Shown: positions 42,852 to 53,903, counted from the first letter of the stretch. The stretch: DNA of 64,000 nucleotides from an uncultured delta proteobacterium (GCA_963785235.1 CAWAUM010000002.1:160001-224000), one strand, 5' to 3'. Notes: generated by a model from the sequence alone, not told the origin. Translations and numbers: made by a program.

Positions 42852-43244
42852 ATGGCAGAGAAGATATACGCCACTGGACGTCGTAAGAACGCAACCGCGC
42901 GGGTTTGGTTGTCCCCGGGTAAGGGCGATATGACCGTAAACGGCAGACCCATCGATGAGTATTTCCCGAGGGAAACACTTCAGATATCAGCATCACAGCC
43001 CTTTGTCATAACTGATACCAGAGGGCAGTTCGATATCTACGCAACTGTCAGTGGCGGTGGCATTTCCGGCCAGGCTGGAGCTTTACGCCACGGCATTTCA
43101 AGGGCTCTTGCAACCTTTGACATCGAGAAGTTCAGGTCAAAGCTGAAGGCCGCCGGGTTCCTCACCAGGGATCCCCGTATGGTTGAGCGTAAGAAATACG
43201 GCCTCCACAAGGCCCGCAAGAGGCCTCAGTTCTCCAAGAGGTAG
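42852..43244 (+). CDS. rpsI: 30S ribosomal protein S9
   Basis: [21 protein letters not shown]. Confidence 0.98.
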   Translation: MAEKIYATGRRKNATARVWLSPGKGDMTVNGRPIDEYFPRETLQISASQPFVITDTRGQFDIYATVSGGGISGQAGALRHGISRALATFDIEKFRSKLKAAGFLTRDPRMVERKKYGLHKARKRPQFSKR

Positions 43245-43251
43245 TATTTCA

Positions 43252-44280
43252 TTGACGATCTCCATAGGTATCCTGGGAGCCACGGGGTATACCGGTGCGG
43301 AGCTTATAAGATTACTGCACTCACACCCTCAGGCAAGGATTACCTATTGTTCGTCTCGCCAGTACAACGGGAAGCCAATTTCCGAAATCCTCGAATTTCT
43401 AAAGGGGTCCGCAGAGTTTGACCTTGAGGAGTTTGACTCCTCGGCCATAAAAAATCGATGCGATGTCGTGTTCAGCTGCCTCCCCCATGGGGTGAGCATG
43501 GGCTTTATTGCCCAGATTATTGACTCGGTGAAGGTAGTTGACCTGAGTGCGGATTTTCGTTTGCACGATGTTTCCCTGTACCAATCATGGTATCAGGAGC
43601 ATTCGAACCCGGAGCTACTTCAGAAAGCAGTCTATGGCCTATGCGAAATCCACCGCGAAGAGATCAGGAATGCCAGGCTTGTTGCAAACCCCGGGTGTTA
43701 CCCAACCAGCGTGCTGCTACCGCTTATTCCGCTGTTGAAGGCAGGCCTTGTGGAAAAAGATGACATCATTGTGGACAGCAAGAGCGGTGTCTCGGGTGCA
43801 GGAAGGGGCCTAAGCCTGAAGACCCACATATGCGAAACAGGGGAATCATTTACTGCCTATAAGGTCGGACGCTCTCACCGTCATATCCCTGAGATGGAGC
43901 AGGAACTTGCCTTGGCAGCAGGTGGGAATGTCAATATCGAGTTCACGCCGCACCTCCTGCCCATAAGCCGCGGGATGCTCTCATCCATCTATGTGAATAC
44001 ATCAGCTAATGAACAAGACCTGAAATCCTGTATCAATGATTTCTACCTTGGCTCGAGGTTTGTCAGGGTCATTGATGGATTCCCTGCTACCAAGGATGTT
44101 CGCGGCACCAACAGGTGCCTCATGGGCATGGCAAAAAACAAGGCCTCCAGGAGGGCCATCATCATAAGCGTCATTGACAACCTCACCAAAGGTGCCTCTG
44201 GCCAGGCCGTGCAGAACATGAACCTCATGTTCGGCCTTGACGAGGCAACCGGCCTTGACTACGTCCCGGTATTCCCCTAA
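43252..44280 (+). CDS. argC: N-acetyl-gamma-glutamyl-phosphate reductase
   Basis: GATGYTG, NPGCYPT, SGVSGAG, DNLTKGASGQAVQ; TTG start. Confidence 0.95.
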   Translation: MTISIGILGATGYTGAELIRLLHSHPQARITYCSSRQYNGKPISEILEFLKGSAEFDLEEFDSSAIKNRCDVVFSCLPHGVSMGFIAQIIDSVKVVDLSADFRLHDVSLYQSWYQEHSNPELLQKAVYGLCEIHREEIRNARLVANPGCYPTSVLLPLIPLLKAGLVEKDDIIVDSKSGVSGAGRGLSLKTHICETGESFTAYKVGRSHRHIPEMEQELALAAGGNVNIEFTPHLLPISRGMLSSIYVNTSANEQDLKSCINDFYLGSRFVRVIDGFPATKDVRGTNRCLMGMAKNKASRRAIIISVIDNLTKGASGQAVQNMNLMFGLDEATGLDYVPVFP

Positions 44281-44341
44281 TTTTTTAATGTAGGTTCCTG
44301 GGGCCTCCAAGCAGGCACTGAAGGGATCAAGGAGGGATTTT

Positions 44342-45163
44342 ATGGCAGGACCTGTGCGCAGACCGGTTATTGCAGGCAGCTGGTATCCGGGCAATCAGGA
44401 CACCTTGAAAAAGGATATCGGTCGGTATCTGAAAGATGCATCCATCCCTGAGATCCCCCAGAAGCCTATTGCCATTGTCTCCCCCCATGCAGGCTATATG
44501 TATTCCGGGCCTGTGGCGGCTTATGCATACAAGGCACTTACCGGATATGATTACTCAAGTGTCGTAGTCATCAGCCCATCGCACCGTGCATACTTTCCCT
44601 TCATATCCGTCTGGCCTAAGGGTTCTTATGAAACCCCGCTCGGCATGATCGACGTGGATGAAGACCTCTGCGATAGGCTCCTTAACTTTGGGGATATCCA
44701 GGATGACACCCATCCACACATAGCGGAGCATGCCCTTGAGATTCAGCTCCCCTTCCTCCAGAGCGTACTTAAACCATTCAAACTTTGTCCGCTCATCATG
44801 GGCAGGCAGGATCTCTCTTTGTGCGAAGCTCTGGCAGAATCACTCCATAAGAGTATTAAGGACCCTGATAACACCCTGATAGTTGCTAGCTCGGACCTCT
44901 CCCACTTCCATTCCTCCCAAAAGGCCCAGAAGATGGATCAGCAAGTGGCCCAGCGCATTGAGACATTTGATATATCGGGCTTAAGCCTTGATCTTGAAAA
45001 GGCCTACAGCGAGGCATGCGGAGGCGGCCCCATCCTGGCAGCCCTGCTCTATTCTAAGCAGGCATCCCGGAGCACGGCCAAGGTCCTACGTTATGCCCAC
45101 TCAGGCAATATCACCGGCGATAACGACTCGGTAGTGGGTTACCTCGCGGCTGTGGTGTATTAA
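44342..45163 (+). CDS. amrB: AmmeMemoRadiSam system protein B (MEMO1 family)
   Basis: AGSWYP, PHAGY, EHALE, SSDLSH, ACG, VVGY. Confidence 0.9.
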   Translation: MAGPVRRPVIAGSWYPGNQDTLKKDIGRYLKDASIPEIPQKPIAIVSPHAGYMYSGPVAAYAYKALTGYDYSSVVVISPSHRAYFPFISVWPKGSYETPLGMIDVDEDLCDRLLNFGDIQDDTHPHIAEHALEIQLPFLQSVLKPFKLCPLIMGRQDLSLCEALAESLHKSIKDPDNTLIVASSDLSHFHSSQKAQKMDQQVAQRIETFDISGLSLDLEKAYSEACGGGPILAALLYSKQASRSTAKVLRYAHSGNITGDNDSVVGYLAAVVY

Positions 45164-45166
45164 CCC

Positions 45167-46117
45167 ATGCTGAGAAAGTTAATCTGTTATTCAACAGTGC
45201 TTTTCCTTGCCCTGCTTGCATCAGATATAGCTATCAGTTTTGTATACCCTGGCCTCTCTACTCTAAAGAAAGAAAATCCCCGGAAAACTGCCTTCATGGA
45301 ATACCGTGAAAAAGAATGGGCAAGAGAGGGTATTCGCAAGTCTATCATACAGAAATGGGTGCCCCTGAAGAGGATATCCCCGTACCTTATTAAGGCGGTC
45401 ATTATCGCAGAAGATGACAAATTCTGGGGGCATGAAGGGTTTGATTACGAGGCCATGCAGCAGGCTCTGGAAAAAGATATCAAAAAAAGACAGTTCAAGG
45501 CAGGAGGTTCCACTATAAGCCAGCAGCTGGCCAAGAATCTCTACCTTTCCCCATCAAAAAACCCCATCCGTAAGATCAAAGAGGCTATCCTTACCTGGCG
45601 GATGGAACGGACGCTGTCAAAAAGACGGATCGTGGAGATCTATCTCAATGTGGCGGAATGGGGTGATGGCATATTTGGCATAGAAGCCGCAGCAAAGCAC
45701 TACTATGGTAAGCATGCATCTTCACTGACCGCCCAAGAGGCGGCAAGGCTTGCCACAGTCCTTCCCAACCCGAGGATATACAAGGTAACCGGGGATTCCA
45801 GGTACGTGCGGAACCGCTCGGCCAGGATCTATCAGGTCATGGTGGCCCGTGGTATCGTTATACCCGAGTATGATGAGGTAATGACTACACCCGAAGAGAC
45901 GGAACCGGTTTTAACAGCAGAGGCACCCGCAATCGAAACAACTACGGCCGGGATAGAACCTCCTACCGGCGAGACAACACAAAATAAAACACCTGAGGAC
46001 TCAATCCAAACAAGAGAAAGACCGAATCCTCCCGATACATCTATCCCGGAGACAGGTGTTGACAAAAGTCCAGTCCCTGAGCCAGTGAGCGGTTCAGATA
46101 CCGACGGGACTAATTAG
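45167..46117 (+). CDS. mtgA: Monofunctional peptidoglycan transglycosylase with Pro/Thr/Glu-rich tail
   Basis: EDDKFWGHEG, GGSTISQQLAKN, RKIKE, YLNVAEWG. Confidence 0.92.
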   Translation: MLRKLICYSTVLFLALLASDIAISFVYPGLSTLKKENPRKTAFMEYREKEWAREGIRKSIIQKWVPLKRISPYLIKAVIIAEDDKFWGHEGFDYEAMQQALEKDIKKRQFKAGGSTISQQLAKNLYLSPSKNPIRKIKEAILTWRMERTLSKRRIVEIYLNVAEWGDGIFGIEAAAKHYYGKHASSLTAQEAARLATVLPNPRIYKVTGDSRYVRNRSARIYQVMVARGIVIPEYDEVMTTPEETEPVLTAEAPAIETTTAGIEPPTGETTQNKTPEDSIQTRERPNPPDTSIPETGVDKSPVPEPVSGSDTDGTN

Positions 46118-46223
46118 TCGATACGGAACAACCCTATTTTTTCCCTGCTGGTTGAAGTGCTGGTCGATTGTAGACGGGAAACAGCAAGAAAAAATAAAGG
46201 GAGGAACTCGGGCGAGAGGGTAC

Positions 46224-46616
46224 TTACTTTTGCTTCAAATAAACCGGTTTGATGGATTGTGCCACAAGGAAGCCGTCTTTGTTGGTGATGTATTGCACCC
46301 TCACCTGCTGTCCTTTTTCAAGTTTATCAAGGGATATCGCCTTCCAGTCCGGCCCATAAATGGTTGTTGTGGTCCTTACCAGGAAGGTGTAATTTTTCCC
46401 ATCTTCACCTGATAAGGTTATTTCAGGGCGGATGCCCTTGGATGGCTCAGAGGGGATGATGCTTCCGACGCTGCCTCTCACCTCCAGAGGAACCGAGATC
46501 TTCTTAGAAACAGGAGGATGGGTTCCCTCTTTTTGTGCGCTCAGGAGTGTATCCTGCCCGAAACACACTGAAGAGAGAAGCCCAAGGGCAAGTAGTATGA
46601 TTGCAACCCTTTTCAT
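46224..46616 (-). CDS. Secreted small beta-barrel (DUF5666-like) protein
   Basis: Signal peptide; LEKGQQVRVQY...VAQSI pattern. Confidence 0.6.
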   Translation of the reverse strand: MKRVAIILLALGLLSSVCFGQDTLLSAQKEGTHPPVSKKISVPLEVRGSVGSIIPSEPSKGIRPEITLSGEDGKNYTFLVRTTTTIYGPDWKAISLDKLEKGQQVRVQYITNKDGFLVAQSIKPVYLKQK

Positions 46617-46644
46617 CCTCCATATACCTCTTGTTTGTTAGGTG

Positions 46645-47127
46645 TTACTTCTTTTCTTCTGCTGCTGGTACTGCTGCTGCTGGTGCTGCCTTTTCTTCTG
46701 CCTTCTTCACTTCTTCTTTCTTCACTGCTTCTTTCTTTTCTGCCTTTTTCACTGCCTTCTTTGCCTTAATAACCTCGATCTTGTCTGCGTTCAAGGTGCC
46801 GGCTGCTGCTGTAATCTTTACCTGCTGGCCCATTTTCAGTTTAGCAATATCTTCTGCCTTCACGGTGAAGGTCTTGCCGCTTACATCGATCGTGTTAGCT
46901 GCTGTGTCGATCTTGGTGATCTTGCCTTTGATTACTTCGGGCTTTGCTACCTCGGCCTTTACTGCCTCAGCCTTTGCGGGAGCTGCTGCTGGTGTTGCTG
47001 GTGTTGCCGGTGTTGCTGCTACAGCGGGCTTAGCTGCATCGGCTGGCTTTGCTGCGTCAGCGGCAAAGACCATCGTGGTGAAGCACACCAGTGCGAATAC
47101 TGCGATCAAACTGATAATTTTCTTCAT
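46645..47127 (-). CDS. Secreted Ala/Lys/Pro-rich protein with small beta-barrel core
   Basis: Signal peptide, low-complexity arms, KGKITKID...LKMGQQVKI; RBS AGGAGG. Confidence 0.7.
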   Translation of the reverse strand: MKKIISLIAVFALVCFTTMVFAADAAKPADAAKPAVAATPATPATPAAAPAKAEAVKAEVAKPEVIKGKITKIDTAANTIDVSGKTFTVKAEDIAKLKMGQQVKITAAAGTLNADKIEVIKAKKAVKKAEKKEAVKKEEVKKAEEKAAPAAAVPAAEEKK

Positions 47128-47180
47128 GATACAATCCTCCTGAGATTTTTTATTGATGCTGTGCCATCTACGACAGGGAT

Positions 47181-47213
47181 GATTAAACGATCATTAGAAG
47201 AAGATTAGAATAT
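47181..47213 (-). promoter_or_regulatory. OmpR-type 11-bp tandem direct repeats
   Basis: GATTAAACGAT/CATTAGAAGAA/GATTAGAATAT upstream of the gene ending at 47127. Confidence 0.6.
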
Positions 47214-47215
47214 TC

Positions 47216-48739
47216 TCATGTTATTTGGGTAGGAGGGGGGACAGCTGGGTGAAAATCTTGGTCTAAACCTCCCATGGGAATCGATACGAGGAAGGTTGTC
47301 CCTTTGTTGGGCGTGCTCTCCACCGTTATGGACCCTCCATGGGCCTCTATAATCGATAGGGCTATGCTCAGCCCCAGGCCGAATCCTGCAGAGCTCCGCG
47401 AGCTGTCGGCCTGATAGAACCTATCGAAGATATGCGGGAGGTCCTGGTCGGGTATGCCGATGCCCGTATCGGTAATGGTAATAATTGCATATGAGTTCTC
47501 TCGTATGACCTCAACCGAGATACGGCCTTTTTCCGGGGTATACTTTATGGCATTTTCCAGGATATTTATGAATGATCGCATGATTTGATCTTTGTCAATG
47601 GGAAGAATTATCCCCTCCTGACTTACAAAATCGATCTCGATGCCTTTTTGGTGCGCAAGAATCTCCATGTCATCAAGGATATCACGCATAATGGCAGCTA
47701 TGTCCACAGTATCCTTTGCGAGGCTCACGGAACTGCTGTCTAATCGAGCCAGAGCCAGAAGAGTTTCAAGGAGCTTTCCGATCTTCGCTGTCTCCTCAAG
47801 GCTGCTCTGCAGGATAGCACTATACTCCTGCGGAGAGCGTTGTCTCTTCAGCGCCACCTCCAGCTCTCCCCTCATGATGGTTAAGGGGGTTCTCAGCTCG
47901 TGGGAAACATCCTGGATAAACTGTTTCTGAGAAAGGAATACTTGTTGTATCTTTTCAAGCATCTCGTTGAAGGTCTCTGCAAGCTCCCTGATCTCATCGT
48001 GCGTTTCCGGCGGTGCAATTCGAAGACTCATATTTTCCGCAGTGATTTGATGTGCCGTTGCGATCATGTTTTTGAGAGGTTTTAAGGTTATGCTGGCAAG
48101 GAATTCACCTGCAAGCACACTGGCAAGCACTACTGTTATAGGAAGCAGGAGAAAGAGCATAAATTTAAGGCCCTTGAGCGTTTCCCAGATGGAATTCAAG
48201 GGGCCTCCAACCTGGACGATATATGCAATCTTGCCTTCTTCAAAGACAGGGATGACGAGAATGCGCAGATCGAGGGGCTTTTCTTCTCCTTGTGTTACCT
48301 GACGGTCTTCGTATACCGTCTTATTGGTTGCAAGCCCATGGAGTGTGTTTTTGGATATATTCAGGTGCGTCAAGGCGTTTAGCGAAAAGGCTATGAGTTC
48401 ACCATCCGGCTTATAGATCTGGACGATGATATTCATAAGATCAGGATCATTCGTGCGTTCTTCAACCCACCTTCGTGCAATCTTGAGGAAATTTGCATTA
48501 TTGATCTTGCTGAATACATTTTTTCTCGCCCCATGCTTGAGTGCATCCATCTTCTCGGTTTCCCAGTAGGTGTTAATGGACCTGGCGATACCCTCTGCCT
48601 TGGTGAGCAACAAGTCGTCCATTTGGTCTTTCAGGGTAGCGCTTACATTGAAATAGAGCGCCACAGCGAAACCCGAGAAGGTAACTGCGAGAATAAGGGT
48701 GTACCAGAAGAAGAATCTGAGCCTGATGGATTTAAACAT
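47216..48739 (-). CDS. HAMP sensor histidine kinase (CusS/BaeS-like)
   Basis: Two TMs, HAMP, SHELRTPL, NAIKY, GLGL. Confidence 0.92.
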   Translation of the reverse strand: MFKSIRLRFFFWYTLILAVTFSGFAVALYFNVSATLKDQMDDLLLTKAEGIARSINTYWETEKMDALKHGARKNVFSKINNANFLKIARRWVEERTNDPDLMNIIVQIYKPDGELIAFSLNALTHLNISKNTLHGLATNKTVYEDRQVTQGEEKPLDLRILVIPVFEEGKIAYIVQVGGPLNSIWETLKGLKFMLFLLLPITVVLASVLAGEFLASITLKPLKNMIATAHQITAENMSLRIAPPETHDEIRELAETFNEMLEKIQQVFLSQKQFIQDVSHELRTPLTIMRGELEVALKRQRSPQEYSAILQSSLEETAKIGKLLETLLALARLDSSSVSLAKDTVDIAAIMRDILDDMEILAHQKGIEIDFVSQEGIILPIDKDQIMRSFINILENAIKYTPEKGRISVEVIRENSYAIITITDTGIGIPDQDLPHIFDRFYQADSSRSSAGFGLGLSIALSIIEAHGGSITVESTPNKGTTFLVSIPMGGLDQDFHPAVPPPTQIT

Positions 48740-48740
48740 G

Positions 48741-49411
48741 TCAGCTCTTCAGGACATACCCTCTGCCCCGTACCGTATGGATGAGTTTTGTTTCATGGCC
48801 ACGATCGATCTTATTTCTTAGGTAACTGATGTAGACATCTATCACGTTGGTAAAGGTGTCGAAGTTGATGTCCCATACGTGCTCGGCAATCATGGTGCGG
48901 GTCACTACGCTGCCTGTATTCCTCACGAGGTATTCCAGTAGGGAATATTCTTTGACGCTTAGTTGGATTTCGGTCTCACCCCTGGATACGGTGTGGGTGA
49001 TTGTATCCAGAACGAGGTTGTCCACCTGAAACCGGGTTTTCTGTTGAAGGGACTTCTTGCGTAGTAGCGACCTGATCCTGCGCCAGAAGCTCTTCAAAGG
49101 CAAAGGGTTTTGTGAGATAATCATCTCGCACCGGCATCGAGCCCCCTGACCTTGTCCTTTATTGCGTCCTTTGCTGTGAGCATGAGGATGGGTGTGTGAT
49201 TATCCTCAGACCTCAATTTTGTGCAGAGAGTAATGCCGTCCATCTTTGGAAGCATGATATCAAGCAGGATTGCATCATATTCGTTTGTCATTGCAAGAAA
49301 ATAGCCCTGATCTCCATCATGTGCAAGATCAACGGCATAACCTTCTTCGGCAAGCCCATTGCTGATGAAATCTGCAACCTTCTTTTCATCTTCGATCACA
49401 AGGACCCTCAT
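48741..49411 (-). CDS. OmpR-family response regulator (frameshifted at about 49085-49125)
   Basis: REC N-terminal half plus wHTH (NVIDVYISYLRNKID, TVRGRGY) in separate ORFs. Confidence 0.88.
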
Positions 49412-49480
49412 AATGCCTTGGTTATCTCATTTGATACCCAGAATCAACGAGATTCCCTGAAAGGACCATGTTCTAAGGAG

Positions 49481-49525
49481 AAAATAAACAAGGACTGCCA
49501 TTATTCGGCAGCCCTTGTTTATTTT
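49481..49525. terminator. Rho-independent terminator
   Basis: AAAATAAACAAGGACTGCC-N7-GGCAGCCCTTGTTTATTTT. Confidence 0.75.
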
Positions 49526-49573
49526 GACTCATGATACTATTTTTAGAATTATTCTTTTGTTGATGACTTATGG

Positions 49574-50714
49574 CTAAACCTTTATCTTCCCTTCTTTCAT
49601 GGTACTCGGTGGGCCTGAAGGTTTCGATGCCGAATTTATCAGCCAGTTCATTGCACCTCGCCACGAGCTTGTCATATCCGATGCTCTGGGCCAGGGTAAA
49701 AGGACCGAGCCCTCCTCCTCCGTTGGCAATGGCAAGGTCGATGTCCTTGGGGTCGTTCGTCACGCCTTCTTCAAGGCACTTGGTGGCCTCGTTCACCTGC
49801 AGTGCTACCATGTGAGTGAAGTCATATTCCGTGGTGGGATTATTGGTATCAATGGTTGGTCTTCCGGCTGACCAATCATAAAGACCTTTACCGGTTTTTT
49901 TACCCAGGTTCCCGGATGCTACAATGTCTACAAGGGCCTTTCTCGGTGTGTAGTCCTTGGACAGTGTCTCAGAGTAGTACTTCTGTGTATGCAGAACAAT
50001 ATCAAGCCCTACATAATCCATGAGCTCAAATGGTGTCATGGGCATAAGGGCCTTAAATGCAGCATCGAACTGCGCAGGTTTTGGACTGCCCTTGTCAAGG
50101 ATGAGCTGCATGAACAGAGCAGTTGGCGCATTCACCCGGTTGTAGATGAAGCCGGGCGAATCCTTTTTCACAATGACCGGGACCTTGCCCATCTTTTTGG
50201 CAACCTCATAGATAGTCTGGATGGCTGCATCAGAAGAATCCTTGGCATAGATAACCTCCACGAGCTTCAACATGACCGCGGGATTAAAGAAGTGCATGCC
50301 CACGACGTTGGCCGGCCTCTTTGTTGCCGAGGCGATCGCTGTGATGCTCATGGACGAGGTGTTGCTGGCCAGAATGGTCTTGGCCGGGGCAAAGGCATCG
50401 AGATCGGAGAAGATCTTCTTTTTGAGGTTCAGGTCCTCGAACACAGCCTCAATCACTAGGTCAGCATCCGCCGCTGCTGCCTTGAGGTCAATGGTAGGCA
50501 GAAGGCGGGAAAGCATATCCTTGTTTTGGTCCTCACTTATCTTGCCTTTGCTCACGAACTTGGCAAGGCTGTCCTTGATGGTGTTCACGCCCCTTTCCAC
50601 GAAGCGCTGCTCAACATCATGCATGGAGACGGTATACCCTGCCATGAGTCCGACCTGTGCGATGCCGTTGCCCATGGCTCCGGCGCCGATGACTGCAATT
50701 GTCTTCACTTCCAT
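49574..50714 (-). CDS. 3-hydroxyacyl-CoA dehydrogenase with duplicated C-terminal domain (probable frameshift near 49600)
   Basis: GAGAMG, EAVFE, SNTSS, GMHFFNP. Confidence 0.9.
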
Positions 50715-50736
50715 ATTTTCCTCCTGAAAAGTCAGT

Positions 50737-51506
50737 TCATTCGCCTTTAAATTCGGGCTTTCTCTTCTGCATGAATGCAGTGAATCCCTCGATGGCATCC
50801 TTGGATTTTACACAGATCTTGGATCCCTCCGCCTCCGCCTTGAGGCCCTCATCTATGCCCTTGTCCACATGAGCTAACGTAGCATTGATTGCTGCGCGAC
50901 TGCTAACGGGGCCTTCTCGGCAAGGGCCTGGGCCATCTCCATGACCTTCGGGATCAGCTCTTCGGGAGGATAAAGTCCGTCCACCAGCCCTATGGCAAGG
51001 GCTTCCTGGGGGCTTAAGCGCTTACTGAAGAGTATGAGATCCAGGGCCTTGGTCCTGCCCAGTAATCGCGTCATAGTTTGAGTCCCGCCCCATCCAGGGA
51101 TAATACCAAGGTTCAGCTCAGGGCAACCCATCTTGGCCTTATCGTTTTCTGCTATGAACCTGAAGTGGCAGACCAGTGCCAGTTCGCATCCACCGCCTAG
51201 TGCGTGGCCGTTGATGGCCGCTATTATAGGTTTTTCAAACCGGTCCACCTTGGTCCATAGTGCCCGGCCTATATCTCCGACATCAGGATGGCTCATGGCG
51301 TCGGCCACATCCATACCTGCAGAGAAACACCTGTCCCCGGCCCCGGTTATCACCAGCACACGCACATCCATGTCGTTCGCTACCTCGTCAAACACCTTGT
51401 CCAGTTCCTGCAGCATGACATAGCTGACGGAATTGGTTGGAGGGCGGTTCAGGGTGAGCACTGCCACATGTCCTTGTTTTTCCAAAAGTAAGGTTTCGTA
51501 ACCCAT
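50737..51506 (-). CDS. Enoyl-CoA hydratase/crotonase (frameshifted near 50890)
   Basis: LNRP, FSAGMD, GGGCE, PE..LGIIPGWGGTQ; C-terminus KRKPEFKGE lies in another frame. Confidence 0.88.
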
Positions 51507-52035
51507 AGTAAATCCTCCTTATTGATGAAGACATAAAAAGTGCTGTTATTTGTGTAAGATACCGGGAAGGGGGGTTGTTGTCAATAATTAAGAGCGAGCG
51601 CTCGGTATTTAATCCGGGATTTTGTAGTTGAAAGTGCCCATAAAAGCACTATGCTGTTCGGGTGGCTTAACCATAAAACTCATTGTGTCGTGGTATTGTT
51701 TTTAAAAATAGGTCTGTTCAAAACCCCTATCTCGCAGGCTTTGTCCGTCCCATCCTTAAACCGGATGACTTTGATATAAGGATTTTCCAGTTTTATCTCG
51801 CGTATGATGGGCGCCCTCTTGAAAAGGGATGCCCTTTCGAGATCAATGGTCAGCGAGGGGAAAGATCAAGGAAACAACCTGGGGAACATTATGGGTTCAC
51901 AATCTCAACCGATATGTATGATAGGGCTTTTCACCCGTTGTCTATATCACTATGGCAGAAGCTTAAGACAAGGATCATTGAAAAGCTAAACCATCGACCA
52001 TATGAGAAGCTGTGAGAATACAAAGGAGGAGATCG

Positions 52036-53131
52036 ATGTTCGATTCTTGTTTGGATATTTCCAAATTCATGGAAACAGCAACCTACAGGCGCACACCCGA
52101 GTTCATTACCCCGAACAGGATTGTCCATGAAGACAAGGCCGTCATCCTCAGGAGGTTTGATGAGGGACGGACCGGGTCCCCGCTGCTCATTGTTCCGCCT
52201 CAAGCGGGCCATCATTCGAGCATAGCCGATTATGCACAGGAGCAAAGCCTGGTCCAGACATGTCTGAGGGAAACGACCCTGCCGGTGTATGTCATTGAAT
52301 GGAAACCGAGCACACCAACCAGGCAGCATGAGACCATCAGCGATCTTGTCTTACAGTTGCGGCTCTGCGTGCATGATGCCGGAGAACCTGTGATCCTTGT
52401 GGGGCTCTGTCAGGGAGGGTGGCTCTGCGCCATTTACGCGGCCCTTTACCCCCAGGATGTCAAGGCCCTTATGCTGGCAGCCGCACCTATTGATTTTACA
52501 GCCGGCGGAGGAAAGCTTCAGGATGTAGTCCAGGGCATGCCCATCGATTTCTACCAATGGCTTGTTACTATGGGCTTTGGAAACATGCTCGGCGACATGA
52601 TGCTCATGGGGTGGAAGATCATGAATCCCTACGAACGTTTCGTGAGCGACTTTATCAATCTCTGGGTCAATGTAAGGGATGAAAAATACCTGGAGAGGTC
52701 CAAGCAGTTCCAGACCTGGTACGAGTATACCCAGAACATCTCGGGCAAGTGGTATCTGCAGGCCGTGGATAAGCTCTTCAAGAAGAATCTCCTCATACAG
52801 GGGAAGCTAAAGATTTTGGGAAAGTATGTTGATTTGCGCACCATCTCGTGCCCCATCGCCATGCTCGCAGGAGAAAAGGACGATATTACCCTGGTGCCGC
52901 AGCTCTTCAATATGAGCTCCTATGTGGCAACCCAGCCTGAGGATATCTTCCAGACAATTGTGGAGGAGTGCAGGTCACATATCGGTATTTATGGGTCGAA
53001 AGGCACTGAAGGATCACTGGCCGCCGGCGCTGAGGTTCACCCTTGAAAAGACAGGGCTTGGTGCAGCACTCACGTATGGGGCCAGGAGAAACCAGACTAT
53101 TGGAACTTGCCAGCAGGTAAGCTCTACATAA
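52036..53131 (+). CDS. Cys-nucleophile alpha/beta hydrolase, PHA depolymerase/synthase-related (frameshifted near 52968)
   Basis: PLLIVPPQAGH, GLCQGG, EKDDIT, GHISVF in the next frame; RBS AGGAGG. Confidence 0.75.
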
Positions 53132-53151
53132 AAGAAACCTCGATTCGATTA

Positions 53152-53649
53152 TCATGAAGAGGGCGGATGAAACATCATCTGCCCTTTTTCTTTTTGTTGG
53201 TTTTTTCTTGAGGGCGCGGAGCTGATTGAGGAGAGACCCGGGAAAGGGGAGAGTCCCTTCATGGCATTGCGTGTCATCTCCGAGTAATTCATGCCCATGT
53301 TCAGCCACTTGCCGAACTGCTCGTCAAAGGCCTGTTTGTACTGAAGATAGGAATTGATGGAGTCCTGCAGGTGTTTATCAAAGAATTCGTGGAGAAGATT
53401 ACCGCCATAGCGTATGGCTAGGTGAAGCAGTGGTGGTGGCAACAGGGCATTCTTGTTCTTCGCCTCCTCCATGATAATCTGTGTGAGGATAAATGCTGTA
53501 ACGTCTTCGCTGGTCTTGGCATCAAGGACCTGAACGTCTTTGCCGCCCCTGATAATGTCCGCCACCTGGTTCAGCGTGACATAAGAGCTGTTTTCCGGGT
53601 TGTAAAGCCGCCTGCTCGCATATTTTTTCAGGATAACCGTCTCGTTCAT
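53152..53649 (-). CDS. phaR: PHA accumulation regulator PhaR
   Basis: KKYASRRLY...YVTL...DAKTSEDVT..ILTQII N-terminal domain. Confidence 0.88.
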   Translation of the reverse strand: MNETVILKKYASRRLYNPENSSYVTLNQVADIIRGGKDVQVLDAKTSEDVTAFILTQIIMEEAKNKNALLPPPLLHLAIRYGGNLLHEFFDKHLQDSINSYLQYKQAFDEQFGKWLNMGMNYSEMTRNAMKGLSPFPGLSSISSAPSRKNQQKEKGQMMFHPPSS

Positions 53650-53693
53650 GGATCACTCATTCACTTTTCTTACGCCTATACTACCCTCTTTAT

Positions 53694-53872
53694 TGTCACA
53701 GTGCAACAAAATCCCCACAGGGGTTCCATTTGATATTGATTCTGCGCAATCATTAATCGTTATATCAAATAGCTACGTTAAGCATGGATAAGTTACGAGG
53801 AAACCAGACCTAAATAAAATATGCTGCATTGCAACAATTACCCCTTGACAATCTGTTCTTTGCCACTATTAT
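53694..53872. promoter_or_regulatory. PhaR-type operator boxes plus sigma70 promoter
   Basis: TGTCACAGTGCAACA (53694) and TGCTGCATTGCAACA (53822); TTGACA 53845 and TATTAT 53867. Confidence 0.65.
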
Positions 53873-53903
53873 AGATTAAACAATCAAGATCAAGGAGGTA
53901 ACA

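Noticed and set aside
46642-47208. Extremely Cys/Leu-rich 188-aa + strand ORF
   Set aside because: Antisense shadow of the GCA/GCT/AAG-rich Ala-Lys gene on the - strand.
51683-52015. 110-aa ORF upstream of the PHA hydrolase
   Set aside because: TTG start, no clear RBS, no recognisable motif; cannot be supported.
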